A DNA stretch of 63,505 nt, filler included, from Jimgerdemannia flammicorona (lineage: Eukaryota): assembly GCA_003990765.1 (NCBI GenBank). It is 3 parts of 3 records of this genome, joined end to end, with 100 filler letters (N's around TTAATTAATTAA, not from the genome) between each part and the next. Parts side by side here need not be neighbours in the genome. Positions count along the whole stretch, not along the records: positions 1 to 21,103 come from RBNJ01001531.1; positions 21,204 to 42,304 come from RBNJ01001532.1; 1 more part is not named here. The stretch is one strand, 5' to 3'. This document shows positions 11,869 through 24,200 of this stretch, piece after piece; positions within the stretch are counted from its first letter, which is position 1; every line of letters begins with the position of its first letter. The notes beneath the pieces are model-generated. The model was not told the origin of the DNA. It worked only from the letters and a program-made list of their open reading frames with translations, and did no database searches. Both the position numbers and the translations under genes were made by a program.

Positions 11869-14800
11869 TCACATGCGACTCCTGTTCACCACTAGTTTGT
11901 CGGCACCATACCCATCCTGGTCAGCCCGCCACATATGACTTTCCATAAACTTGATCAAGCGCTCCCACCCCGGACCGCGGTGTTGGGTTGTCTCGGCGTC
12001 GTCGGTGGGGATATACCCAAGTACATCAGGATCCGTGGCAAGGCCCTCCTGCACAGCCTGAACGCACACGGCGGCCGCGACCTGCGCCGAGACCTGACGG
12101 ATGCGTGTGAGCGACGGGTAGAGCAGATTCTGAGCAATTTCTTCCTCAGTCAGGGCTTTTGCCAACGCCACCGCGGAAGCGAAAACCATCTTGTTGGTGA
12201 TGTGCTTTGGCTTAGCAACGATGGATCCAAGACCAAGACCGGGGCTAAATGAAATTGATGGATAAATACATAAATCGAACGAGCGAAGCGCTTTCCTCAA
12301 CTGCGAAGAATGTATGGAACCAACATCGCGGACATATGTGAATGGAATTTTGGTACTCACAAAATATACATGTTGTTACCCTGACCCGGGATACGCTTCT
12401 CGCCAGTTTCAGGAACGGTGTAAACGGGGAAAGCTGTGCCAGACGCAAAGATGCACCGGTTTTTGGTGTGAACCATCGCTTCCTCATATGAGCACTCGGC
12501 TTGCGTCATCGGATTCGAGAGCGGGAAAATGATGGGCTGCTTGTTCAACTCTCCCATCCTGCGCAACACGGTCTCGTCGAAGGTACGCGGAACAGCAGAG
12601 AGACCAATCAAGCTATATGATTAATTGGAGGATAGAGTTAAAAAGATGTGCGACAAAGTTGTCTGTGTATGCACAATCAATGTGAAAACAGTCTTCTTAC
12701 ACAGTCGGCTTCACATATTCGACAACGTCAAAGAGTTCCTTGAACTGTCTGCCGTTATTGTCGGTACGCGCGAAATACACCTTGTGTTGAGCCAATCTGT
12801 CGCCACGATCCTGAGTTATCAAACCCTGTATTACACAGAAGCATATACAGTGAGATGTTACCAATCAACGTTCCACGACATGTGCAATTTCTAATGACCA
12901 CCTTACCTTGCTGTCGACGATCCAGAACAAACGTTTGGCCTCTTCCTCGGGCATTCCAATCTCAAGGACGAAATAGTCCAATAGTTGTTTGGCAACACCT
13001 ATACCCGCCGAGCCAGCACCGAAGAAGACGATACGGTGGTCCTTGGGTTGCACGTTGTCCTTCTCCTTGACGATGCGGAGGGCGTTGATAAAACCGGAGA
13101 GGATGACGGCACCGGTACCTTGGATATCGTCATTGAAGCAGAAGATCTTGTTCTGGTACCGTTCAAGGAGCTCGAAGGCCTATCGATCAACACCGGATAA
13201 GAATAAAGATTAAGAAATATTTGACGGTGGTCGGTGGTGCGTAGTTTTATGAAAGATGTCCGTATCTACTCACGTGCTCGGATGACCAATCTTCAAATTG
13301 GATCAGCAAGTCCGGATAAACCTCATGCAAAGCCCGAAGAACAGCATCGACAGCAGGATAAAACTGGATGAGTAGATGACAATTAAAATAAAAATTAAGG
13401 AGTTGTGTCAGAAGAGAGAGGTTTAGTCATATTTTGCTTTTAAGCGAGAAGAGTAAAGTATAGCTTACGATTTCATCGGAAGGTCTGCATGATGAGGCAA
13501 AAAATATTGAGACATCGAACAAATGGAGGTCTACGTACACGTTTTACCGCTAAATTCGGTGATAAAGTGCAAGAGCATAATCTCACCTCTTATGTTTGAC
13601 GCCAAGATAGAACTCATCGTTCAGGAACGTCTCATTATTAGTTCCAACATCGAACACGATGGGCAGAGTCCGACGGGGATCGATGCCAGCGCCGGCGACG
13701 TAGAGCTGGAGCTTGCCGATAGGGATTCCCATACCGTTGACGCCAAGATCGCCCAGACCGAGAATACGGGAGCCGTCGCTGATGACGGCGATTTGTGGGG
13801 TCATCGAGGGATCCGTCGGGAAGGGGCGGTAGTTCCGGATGACGGAAGTGAGGTTGGGCAGGTCGGAGAGGGTGAGGTAGAGACCGTCGGGGACACCTGT
13901 ATTATGATGGAGGTTAGGATTTTTGATGTTTAACGTTGCGGATTTTTTTTTTTTTTTGGCAACAGGGCAAACTAGAACAAAGATTTTACCAGGAGGTGCC
14001 AGGAAAGGATAGATGTTGGAGTACTCCAAGCATGCTTTGCCAACGGTGGGAGTGTAGATGATGGGAGCCAATTCCTGAGGGCGAGAAATACGAAAAAAGG
14101 AATTAATGTGAGTAATCAGATGTATATTCGGTTATCCACCATGAATGATGGTGAGACGGGCAGCTTGACTGCCCATTTCATACGATTCCCAAATCCGCCC
14201 CATTACACAAAACTGTTTACCTCCAATTCATCGCACACGATCCTATAGAATAGGCGGACATTGGTATTCCGGAGCTGGGCCATGAAGATGTACTTCTCGA
14301 GCGGGGTTTCCTTGGACCTCAGCTGAACCAATGCGCGCCTCTTCTGCATGTCTTGGGTCTCGATGGCGCTCGGGAGAAGGCCTTGAATACCAAGGTTGTG
14401 CCGCGCGTTGAAGGGCATGGCGGTGCCTGCATAATCGTAATTCAGGGCAAGCATTGCGAGTTGAGGCGAGGATGGCAAGCGACAAGAGGACCCCGAAGTG
14501 TCGCTTTCGAACCGAGATATATGGTTCGGGATATCTTTTGCATCATGGCTGGGGGGTGGATGATAGGCAATCTCGGCATATCTTGCCATATCCGAATCAA
14601 GGCAAATCGCCCCAGCGACAGTTTTGTGAAACTGCTGACGTCATCAAGCACTTGGTCAACGTCATGTTCCCAATAAGACTGATGTCCTGATGCCTTCCCC
14701 ACTCCCCAAAAAGGGCGTATGATGTAATAAAAATATAAAAATAAAAAAGGTGCGGAAAGGGAAGAACGATAAAATCTCGCAAAAGCGTCGTTGGTGGAGT

Positions 14801-15175
14801 CGGCCAATTGGCTGTCGAAGAAATGTAGGGTGCTCCAGACTCGTGTGGTTGCAAATTGAGTTGAACGTCCAAAATAAAGATCGCCTCCGTGCATGTTGTA
14901 TCACCAAATCGAAATCCTATTTTGTCGAACATTTTTGCTATATACTAGTAAAGCCTACCTTCGCTATAATACGGTGATCGGACAACCTCCTCCATGTCGG
15001 GATCTCTTGCATGAGAACGCTCATTGATCTGAACGACGCGACCGCCGTTCTCGTGGAGACTCTCACCGTCGCCATTGAGGTAGCCGTTCTGGTGGTGGCC
15101 GTTCTCGCATTCCTTCCTCACCGGACCAGGGACGCTCTGGCGTTGGAGCAGTTTTTTACTAAAGGAGTTGAGCAT
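11869..15175 (-). CDS. Malic enzyme (NAD(P)-dependent malate dehydrogenase, decarboxylating), multi-exon
   Basis: Exons include 14427-14221, 14074-13990, 13896-13587, a 16-nt microexon 13484-13469, 13363-13274, 13179-12907, 12825-12701, 12612-12361 and 12244-11869. Motifs PIIYTPTVG, DGSRILGLGDLG, IQFEDW, FNDDIQGTG, GAGSAGIG, IFPLSNP and GQGNNMYIFPGLGLG. The 5' exons and start codon are uncertain. Confidence 0.92.
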
Positions 15176-17688
15176 TCTCGTGTTTTGTGGGTGGACGAGT
15201 GCGAGATGGCGAAGATGGAGGGAGATGTCGGTGGGAGCGGAGTGGTGTGCGAAGGCGAATGGCTTATAAAGGCAAGCAGCCATCATTGGCTTTAGCATCT
15301 GCCGGCAAATGTTTCCTGTCATGAGGGTGGCTGAGACGACGGTCGGATGCGGGACGCGTGATAATTGGAGCAGCGTACTGCCTGGCCTCATGGGCCATTT
15401 TGTTCCATCTTGACCGCCTCTCATGGACGAGCAGGGAGTTGCATTCAGGCGCACCACGTTTTCAATGTTCAATCACAAAAAGTCCTGTCCATCATGTTCT
15501 CCCGCCTTCAATCTCATCCAGCGATTTCCAATCAATCGGGCGCGTTTGAGACTGCTTATGTCAAAGGTCAAAGGGGCCATCATCACCAAAACGTGAGTCA
15601 GATTGTTTGGGCTCCTGCATTCATCCCCCCCACATACCCCTGCGCCAGATCGAGTATGTCGGATCTTCCTCCGTACTGATATGCAGAGCCGGTTGCACAT
15701 CAGAACGCCTCTTTACAATCCACATTGTTTAAGGCATATGAACTGATTATCTGTAGCAAGTAATGTTGTAACCCCACGGGTCTGTCTCCCTTGGGAAGCA
15801 TGCGAACCCACATGTGTTTTTCTCACGCTACGGAACCGTAACTCTTGGGCTTTGCGGCGAAACTCCCTCTCCCCCCTCCCGTGCTGCACACTGACAAAAT
15901 CAGCCGGCTGATGTATGTTCTAAGTTGTGTATCTTTTTTTTTTTTTTTCCGGTTTGTCATTTGATAATCATCCTACTTACCCTACTTGTAGCATTTGGAT
16001 GTGGCGTGTCGTGTCCTGCAGCTTGTAGAAAGTCACGATAGTCCGACCTTCCACCACAGGTGTGGGTGGGTGTGGGGTGACCGCGTGTCCTCCGCATTGT
16101 CAAGCCTATGATTGAAAATAAAAATAAAAATAAAAATAAAAAATAAAATAAAAAATTAGAAAAATTATACCGGTTTCCTAAAATGAATTGGGAAAATACG
16201 AATTTTTTTGGGGGGGAAGCCAAGTATACTGGAAAAAAAAAAACGGTAACACATCCTCCCGCACCAGCACCCGTAACCTCCCGACCTTCGGAAGACGGCA
16301 GGGAGCCGATCAACTCTGTGGGTGACGCAAAAAAAAAACTTTAAAAAGTCCCACGCCGCGGGTCCCACAACTACACCCAAGAACGGTAAGAAGCAAAGCA
16401 ATGGGAAAGCATGCAGATGAAAGCGGGTCGTCCCTTCACTTATCAACATGTTGGCCAAAAAAAAAAAAAACTTCCCACAGCGCAATTGTGCTTCTTTTTT
16501 TTTTTCGCGACCCGATGCCCTGGTCCTTGTAGTCGTACTCCTTTTGGGTAAATTGGGGGCCGTCCCCAAAAATTCGTGCATAATTTCTATGTTATGCATC
16601 AATGTTGGCTGGGTTTTGGGTAACGAAAATGCCCTTGAGCGTTATCGGCGCAGCCTTATTACTAATGTATACTGCCATAAGTTACGCAATCGTGCAACTT
16701 TTGGCTCCATTTTCCCTCCCTTCAAGTTTCAAGTGAACTGGGACAATCTCACAACGCCCCACACCTAACAATACTATGCAAAAACGCATTCCTGGGTTTA
16801 AACCACTGCAAAAATGGTGTATTTTCTTCACACAGGATAACGACAATATTAGCGTCAAACTATACATTAATAAACTGATATATCAGCAGGTCTTGTGATA
16901 ATTGCTCTGCAGTATATACGTGATCTCGTTAATCCACACTATCTGGTCTTTCCTGCGCATTAACCATTTGCGCCAGATCTGCCCCAAGCCCATCGTGTTA
17001 TTCTAATCACGACATTTGCGGCCTCCAATCTTGATATCAATCATCGGAACAGATTAGTTCGTCAGTGAAAGTGTTGCAACGACCACGCGTACTCGCAAGG
17101 CGTGGTGTCAGCGATTCGCGATTCTCGACGTGCTAGCAGCAAACTCCGTAGCTTCATCGGCAAAAACAAGTTAGACTGTGTAACTTTCGAACCAGTGGCA
17201 GCATGTAGCAATATTTGCGCTGGTGGACAAAGTTCTGTTAGTGTAATTCTTCTGAATAAACTCATTGTCACCACCATACTAAGCAACCCCATCATATCTC
17301 ATCCAGCCACCGCCACCGCCACTCACTCCCCCTTCGCGACGGCGAAATCCATTACCGAGTTGACTTTTCCGGGTGGGTGGGTCATGACGTCCAAGCTGAG
17401 ACGGTCATCAGATCCGGTGAGGATCGAGGGCGAAAAGTAGATGTGGTGGTTCATGAAGGGTGAGTAAATGCACGAGTGGGTATATGGAAAACTGCTGAAG
17501 TGAACGAGAGATAGCTGTGATCATCGTAGCTCAGGTGAAGGAGTGGAGGGAGTGGAGCGCGCGGAAGGCGATGAACGCGCGGAAGGCGAAGAGCGCGTTC
17601 TTGCATGGTCATCTGGAGCGGGAGTCAGGAACGGGGAAAACGGCATTCGCAAGAATAAGCAATACCAAACCATCACGGGGCCAGCTCC

Positions 17689-18058
17689 TTCTCCGCACCC
17701 AGCGCGAAGGACATCCTCGTAAACGACATACCCTTCCGCACGACGCTCGAAATCTTCTTCCGCACCCAGCGTGAAGGAAAACATCCTCTTCCACACCCAG
17801 CGCGAAGAAAAACATCCTCATCCGCACCCAACGCCTCTTCCGCACCCAGCGCCCACTTCCGCACCCAACGCCTCTTCCGCACCCAGCGCCCACTTCCGCA
17901 CCCAACGCCCTCTTCCGCACCCAGCGCCCTCTTCCGCACCCAGCGCGAAGGAAACATCCTCTTCCGCACCCAGTGCGAAGGAAAACATCCTCACAAACCC
18001 CATACCCTTCCGCACGACCTTGAGCCCTTCCGCAGGACGCTCGAGACCTTCTTCCGCA
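17689..18058. repeat. GC-rich minisatellite built on CTTCCGCACCCA(G/A)CGC
   Basis: More than ten imperfect copies of the CTTCCGCAC core, some extended with GAAGGAAAACATCCT. Confidence 0.85.
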
Positions 18059-21000
18059 CTGCCTACACTGTGCATCTCCAGCACACCATGACCTCACGAC
18101 CATCCTACGCCGTTTGTAAAGCTTCACGCCTCTCCCACTGGCACTTGTACTGTGGACTGGAAATTTAGACCTGATGTGCGGGGTGAGAAAGGATTGATTA
18201 GCGAGAGCGTGGGTAGGGTTGGAGGCGCGGGAGTTCGATTGTATTGCGCATTTCGTCCAATGTGTTCGCACATAGCGATGAAGGATATTATGTACCTCGA
18301 CATCGCAGTCTTGTCCAGCTTGACTATCAGTGAGCTATATAAATAAATAAAAAGATGCAAATTTACAATGACATCCACATTAAATTGGCATCCAGGAGGT
18401 TAAGAGGCAATGTCAACCCAACCCGTGGCAACCACTGTTTAGTCCACACCATCTGTATTCTTAAATAAAAATTTATTGTCCAGTCGACATGACGCGCCGC
18501 CGGGCATACAATTGATGAGGTCCCGACAATTTATTGTCCGATCGATGTGCAAGTTTGCTGACGCCGAAATCGTTAGGGGAAACGACGCTACCAGTATAAA
18601 CTGATGCGGGACGGACGGGGTGCAAAGTGCAAGAAGGTCCAAGTCCCTGCGGCCTCGCCCGCGTCGACCGCGGGGAATATTACCTGGATGTAGGTCGCAG
18701 GCTCAACGTGGACATCCAATCTGCAGAGGTTGGCTGATAGGGCGGACGCCAAGGAAATGTTATCTGCGTAGGCGAGGAAAAGTTATCTGGGCGCGACGGG
18801 GTACGGAGGCCCGGAAAGCATTGCATGATTCATGGTGCATCCTGCAGCTGGGGGGTGGCGGTAGGCCGGGGGAATGCAGGTCGTTCCTGGTGGAGGAACC
18901 CTTTTTTTCTTTTTTTTTAAGAAAAATTAGCTGCACAAGGATTAACCGCACATGGATGTTCAGACAAAATACACTATTCATGAGGACAGGGACTTTATAA
19001 CGGTACAAGAACATGGAGGGGTAGACGTGTGAAGCGCTTGGTACCTTTCCAACAAACTCCACTTCAGGCTGGCCATTAATACATACTCCACATAATATGC
19101 GTATGTTCGGTGTTCAAGTTGAGAAAAAGCATTAAGAACGATGAGCCTAATAACCAACGGTGAAATGACGTTGTGGTCAGACAGCGCATCAGGGTGAACG
19201 ATGCGATAAACGTGAGTGCAACCAGATCTCGTTCAGTAGTCCAGATGAAAACACGCGTGTGGCTGTGGAGGAAAAAAAAAAAAAAAAAAAAAAAAAGAGT
19301 GAGAAATCACGTGTCTGTCGGCTAGCCGCTACAGCGGGCCGCGCGGAACTCCTCTAGCAAGAGGGATTGGGCTATTATTCTTTGGTTTGTCGTGAAGTGG
19401 CAATAGAAGGACGGATGATGATGGTATGGCGCTGATTGGGCAAGTTGCACTCGCCGCCGCGAAATTAATATCCACAGAACCTACTCTGAGAAAGCAAAAG
19501 AACGCCCAGCGCAGTTCACGGCTGCGAAAGCGCCATTATCGCTGTGAATTGCGAATAGGCCCCAGTCCAGCAAAGATGGTCATGCAGTGTCAAATAGCCA
19601 CTGTCGGAAATTGAGTCCGAGAATTGGAAGCTGGATACGGTACATGGAAACCAATATTCCCCGATCACTTTCCTCATGGTTATGTCATCAATAGGGCGCA
19701 GCGTGCATAGAACTATCGATACTCAATGTCTGATCGGAAGACGCAGAAAGTTCCCCCATAAAATAAAGAGATTTGTAATTCATGGCGACCATATGTGGAG
19801 AGAGCACACGATAGTAGGGCTATAGGGAACGAAGTGTTCGTGGGTCTGTCGAAGATTCCGTAATTCGGACTTACCTACAGTCAACAACACAGTTAAATGC
19901 CCACAGCAGTTTAGGGGTCAGGCCACAGCTTGAGTGCTTTAAAGGCCCCTTTCATGGTCCCCAAAAATGGCACACACAAACCGCAAGCGTCAGCATATTA
20001 ACCACGCGAACATGCAATGTTTTCACGGTCATGTTGCCGCGGTGCCGCGGATTCCCATCGCACCCAAGTCTTGTGACGGAGATAGACGGGAATGTCCAAC
20101 CTCCATCATTTTTGCGGTTTCGTTTCCCACGCGCGTGTCCTCCGTGTCTTGCTGCGAACCAGGACATTGGTACCAATGACCATTTCACGACACAACCCGA
20201 CCATGCTAGAACCCGCGCGGCCGGCACCGATCGCCTGCACTCGATCCTCGGCGATGATCAGGGCCATTGATCAATGATCTGGATTGTCGAATCGCAGAGT
20301 ACGTAAGGTTTGCGATTGGGACGTCGATCGTCATGTCGACTTTATACTTAAAAACATTGAGTATTATAATTCTCAACCACATGCCGACAGGATTTGGAAA
20401 GGAAACAATTCCACGACAGCTTGGAGATGGGGGGGGGCCAGACCCAGCCGCGTGCGGAGGCTGATTGCCAGGTATGGGTGCGGTTTGGGCCGGAGCACAC
20501 AGCGTGATGTTTGGGGAAGTTAAGGTCAGGTTCGTGGAGGGGCAAGGAAAGGATATGGGTCACGTTGAAGGAGGAACCTTACTTGTCCCTCCGGGCCAGA
20601 TAGACAGTCTCGACAGGTGCCGTTTGCACACGGATCGACACTCATCCTCGGTGGGAAGGCCACCGGATGATAGCGAAGAAGACCTGTTTGCGGGGATGCG
20701 CATGAATGTGTGTATGTATGTACAACGGTGACCGCGCCAACGCGTGCCTCCTTCCAAATCTCAAATCCCTTCCAAAGCTCAGAGCGACGCGTCCAAGCTG
20801 AGCAGGGGCGGATAGGGGGATGGGAAGGGGGGGGGGAGGTTGTACGGAACGGAGTATGTGGAGACAGAAGCGAGGATGAAGGAACGTGAATATGCTGGGA
20901 CATTCTGTTTTTCGATTGGCGATCAGTGTCCAGAAACTTCTACGATCACGTACATAAGCAGGAGAGCCAGATCGCGTGGGCAACCCTTATTAAGCTCAAA

Positions 21001-21103
21001 GCTCGAAGCGTTAATAGCGCAAGTGTAGGATAGAAAAAAATAAATAAAAATAAAGGAAAGAACGGCGAAATCAAAACATGTCTAGGAAAAAGAAAAGAGA
21101 AAA

Positions 21104-21203
21104 NNNNNNNNNNNNNNNNNNNNNNNNNNNNNNNNNNNNNNNNNNNNTTAATTAATTAANNNNNNNNNNNNNNNNNNNNNNNNNNNNNNNNNNNNNNNNN
21201 NNN
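21104..21203. other. Artificial contig linker
   Basis: N44-TTAATTAATTAA-N44; the 12-mer gives stops in all six frames. Confidence 0.95.
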
Positions 21204-24200
21204 CCCCCCCCCTCCCACTCTCTTTTGATGAAAGACCACTTTGTCCAACACCATCACTATCTGCTCCCTACTCAATTTATAGATCTCTTCCACCAGATGG
21301 TTGCAGCACCCACTCTGGGGACCCTAGCCCACCCACCACCCAGCCAGCAAATCCCCCATCAACTACTCCCATCACAATAACTTTTCCTGCAAACCCATCT
21401 GTCACTCCTCCTTGAAAACAAAGAGCCAATGTCCAGCCAGCCCTACCCATACTACTAAAACCCACCCTAAAGTGAGCTAACTATTACCCACACCACCCAC
21501 TAACCGAGACTTCAAATTCTCCCAGCAACCTCTCTCTCCATCTGGCCTCCTCTCCACACCCAGCTGGTCCCCTACAGCTATCCAAAAGTCCCCCAGAACC
21601 TCACACTCTCCCAACCAATGTTCTGGCATCTGTACAAAACCCCCAACTTGCTCTACATTATAACACTCCTCACAGTCCAGTCGGCCACCATCCACCAGAT
21701 GTCCAGCTTGGAAATTCAACATGACATTCTACCTCAGCATCTGCTACCATACTACCCAGAACTTGGGAGGGAGCCACCTCTGCACTACAGCACTCCATGA
21801 CCAAATACCTGCCCAATCCCACTCCTCACCGATTCTCACTATCTGCCAACCACTTGGCCAAAGATCCTGGCCAAGTCCCTGCTGACACTCCACTCCATCC
21901 CCAATATCGAACTCAGCAAGTGAAACGCCCCCCAGAAGCAGTCTGTCCCATTGCCACATAGCCAGTCCCCATAACACCTCTCCCTCATTGCCTTGCCATT
22001 GCAGGCCTATCCAGTGTGCACCATCTGCCACCCCCCACCAGAAGCTCTTATACTGCAGCTGGCGACTTTCATTCTGACCCACCAGTGAGAGCAAATCTCC
22101 TGAGGACCCTCGAGGGGAAAATCTCATCTCCCATACCTTCTGCATCAAAGGCACCCAATCACCTCCCTGCAGTTCAATAGCCCTTTTCAACCACCAGGTA
22201 CATAAGTAGTGTAGCCTCTTAGAGAAGTCCACAAGGTCTAGTTCTCCCCTAACCATCAGTGAAGCAAGAGTATCCCAACTGATCTGAGACCTCCTCCCTG
22301 CCCAAATCTAATCTCTTGCCATTTTCATCAGCCTCTTCACCACCCAAGCTGGGAAGTCTAAATGATAGGCCACATACCACAGCTTGGGAAACCAGTAGAC
22401 ATTCAGAATCGATACCTGCCCTGCCAGAGAGATATGGCAACCCCCCCAACCTCTAAGAGCTTTCCCCCAAATGTTCACCCTCCTCTCCCACCACACTCAT
22501 GGCAAGACAGATCCATATATAGAGAGGAAGATGCCCAGATACTGAACTACTTCCCCTGTAGGGACAATTGTTCCAATGATATCCCCTCCTACAAGCCCAT
22601 TCCCCAGCACCATTGTCTCACACTTATGCCAGTTAAGTTTTGTCCCAGAGTGTACTTCATACCATTCCACCATTGTCTTAAGAGCCTCAACGTCCTTCAC
22701 AGATCCAAGTCCAACCACTATGTCATCTACAAAAGCCCCCATCTTCCACCCTATACCATACAGAGAGATCCCTACTACCTTCCAGCGAATCCTATCTATC
22801 AGAGGTTCTAATGAAAGGGCATAGAGAAGAGAAGACAGTGGATCACCTTGAGGAACTCCTCTTCCCAAAGGAAATGCCAGACCTTGGTGACCATTACACA
22901 TCAGTACAGCTCAACAGATTCAATATAGATACTCAAAATCATGAGGGGACACCAATTCTATCCAGCACCTTGCCCAGCCAGACCCTCCAAATCTGGTCAT
23001 AGGCCTTCTCCTGGTCCAAAAAGACCAGTCTTCCATCCAGTCCACAAGCCCGTATCTCTTCAATGATGCTATGCACCCAGGCAGTCTCATCTCTAATAAG
23101 CTGGCCGCCAACAAAACCCCACTGCTTCTCACCCAACACCTGTTGGGCCACCTTCTGTAGCCTTACGACAATCACCTTAGTCACTATCTTCCTGTCCATA
23201 TCCAGGAGCATGATTGGTCTCCAGTTCTTCCAGTCTTCCCTTCTTCTCTTGTCTTTATATAGTAAGGCCACCAGCCCCAGGTCCTGCTCTCCAACCCACT
23301 CACCCTTCAGAAGGACATAGTCACAGAGGGCTGCCATCTCTCCTAACACTCCAGGGATCTTAGCCATCTTCTTCCAAAAGTCCCACAAGAGCCCATCCTC
23401 ACCCAAAGCTATCCTGAGCTTAGTTGTCACAAGGACTTTCTGGACTTCCTTCTCTTGAACTGGTAGGACCAAGTCACCAAGGCCCTCTACATGCAGTGGC
23501 TCCCACTCCTCCAGCATGTCTCCAATTTTCTCTTCATCAGCACCCCCTTCCTCCTCACTCCACAGTCCCCTCTATCTCTCCTTCAGAATCTCCAAGATCT
23601 GTTGCATACCATGCACCATCTCCCCATCTGCATCAAGGACCCCATCCCACCTATGCCACACCCTTCTAGCTTGGAGGAGCCTCAACAGATACCTACTAGG
23701 CCACTCTCCCTCCTCCATTCCCTGCCATTATAATCTGGCAGCCATTTCTTCAATGTGAATCTCCTCCTCCTCTTGCAATACCTGTTGCAGTTCCACTACC
23801 TCCAATCTTGCCCATTCTAGCCTCCAATCCTCCACCTCTGCCAAAGAAAGCAAATCAGCCCATTCTCTCTGCAATTGCAATAGCCTATTAGAGGCATACT
23901 GAACTCTCTTCCTTCTCTGTCTCCCAGTCTCCCTACCAGCTCCTCCCCAATAAACCCTCGCAGCCTCCTTCAGTCTCATCCATCAGACACCTACAGATGA
24001 ACCCTCATGCATCCAGGTAGTAATCTTCACCTGGATGTCCTCCACCCATGGGTCCCACAGCACCTTCTCGGCCAGCAGAGAGGAGTTAAGGTGCTAATGT
24101 CTGGGTCCATCTCCACTCCCCCCAAACTGCTCCTGCCCTAATAGTCCCCAGTGATCAGACCATGGGCACTACTCCACCTCAAAAGACTGCCAAACATCAA

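Noticed and set aside
17517..18271. Repetitive ORFs (GAEE/RWVRK/PSA)
   Set aside because: Several frames are open because of the minisatellite; there is no evidence for which, if any, is coding.
19400..21030. Possible spliced minus-strand gene
   Set aside because: A few splice-like sites exist, but no consistent frame or recognisable product could be built.
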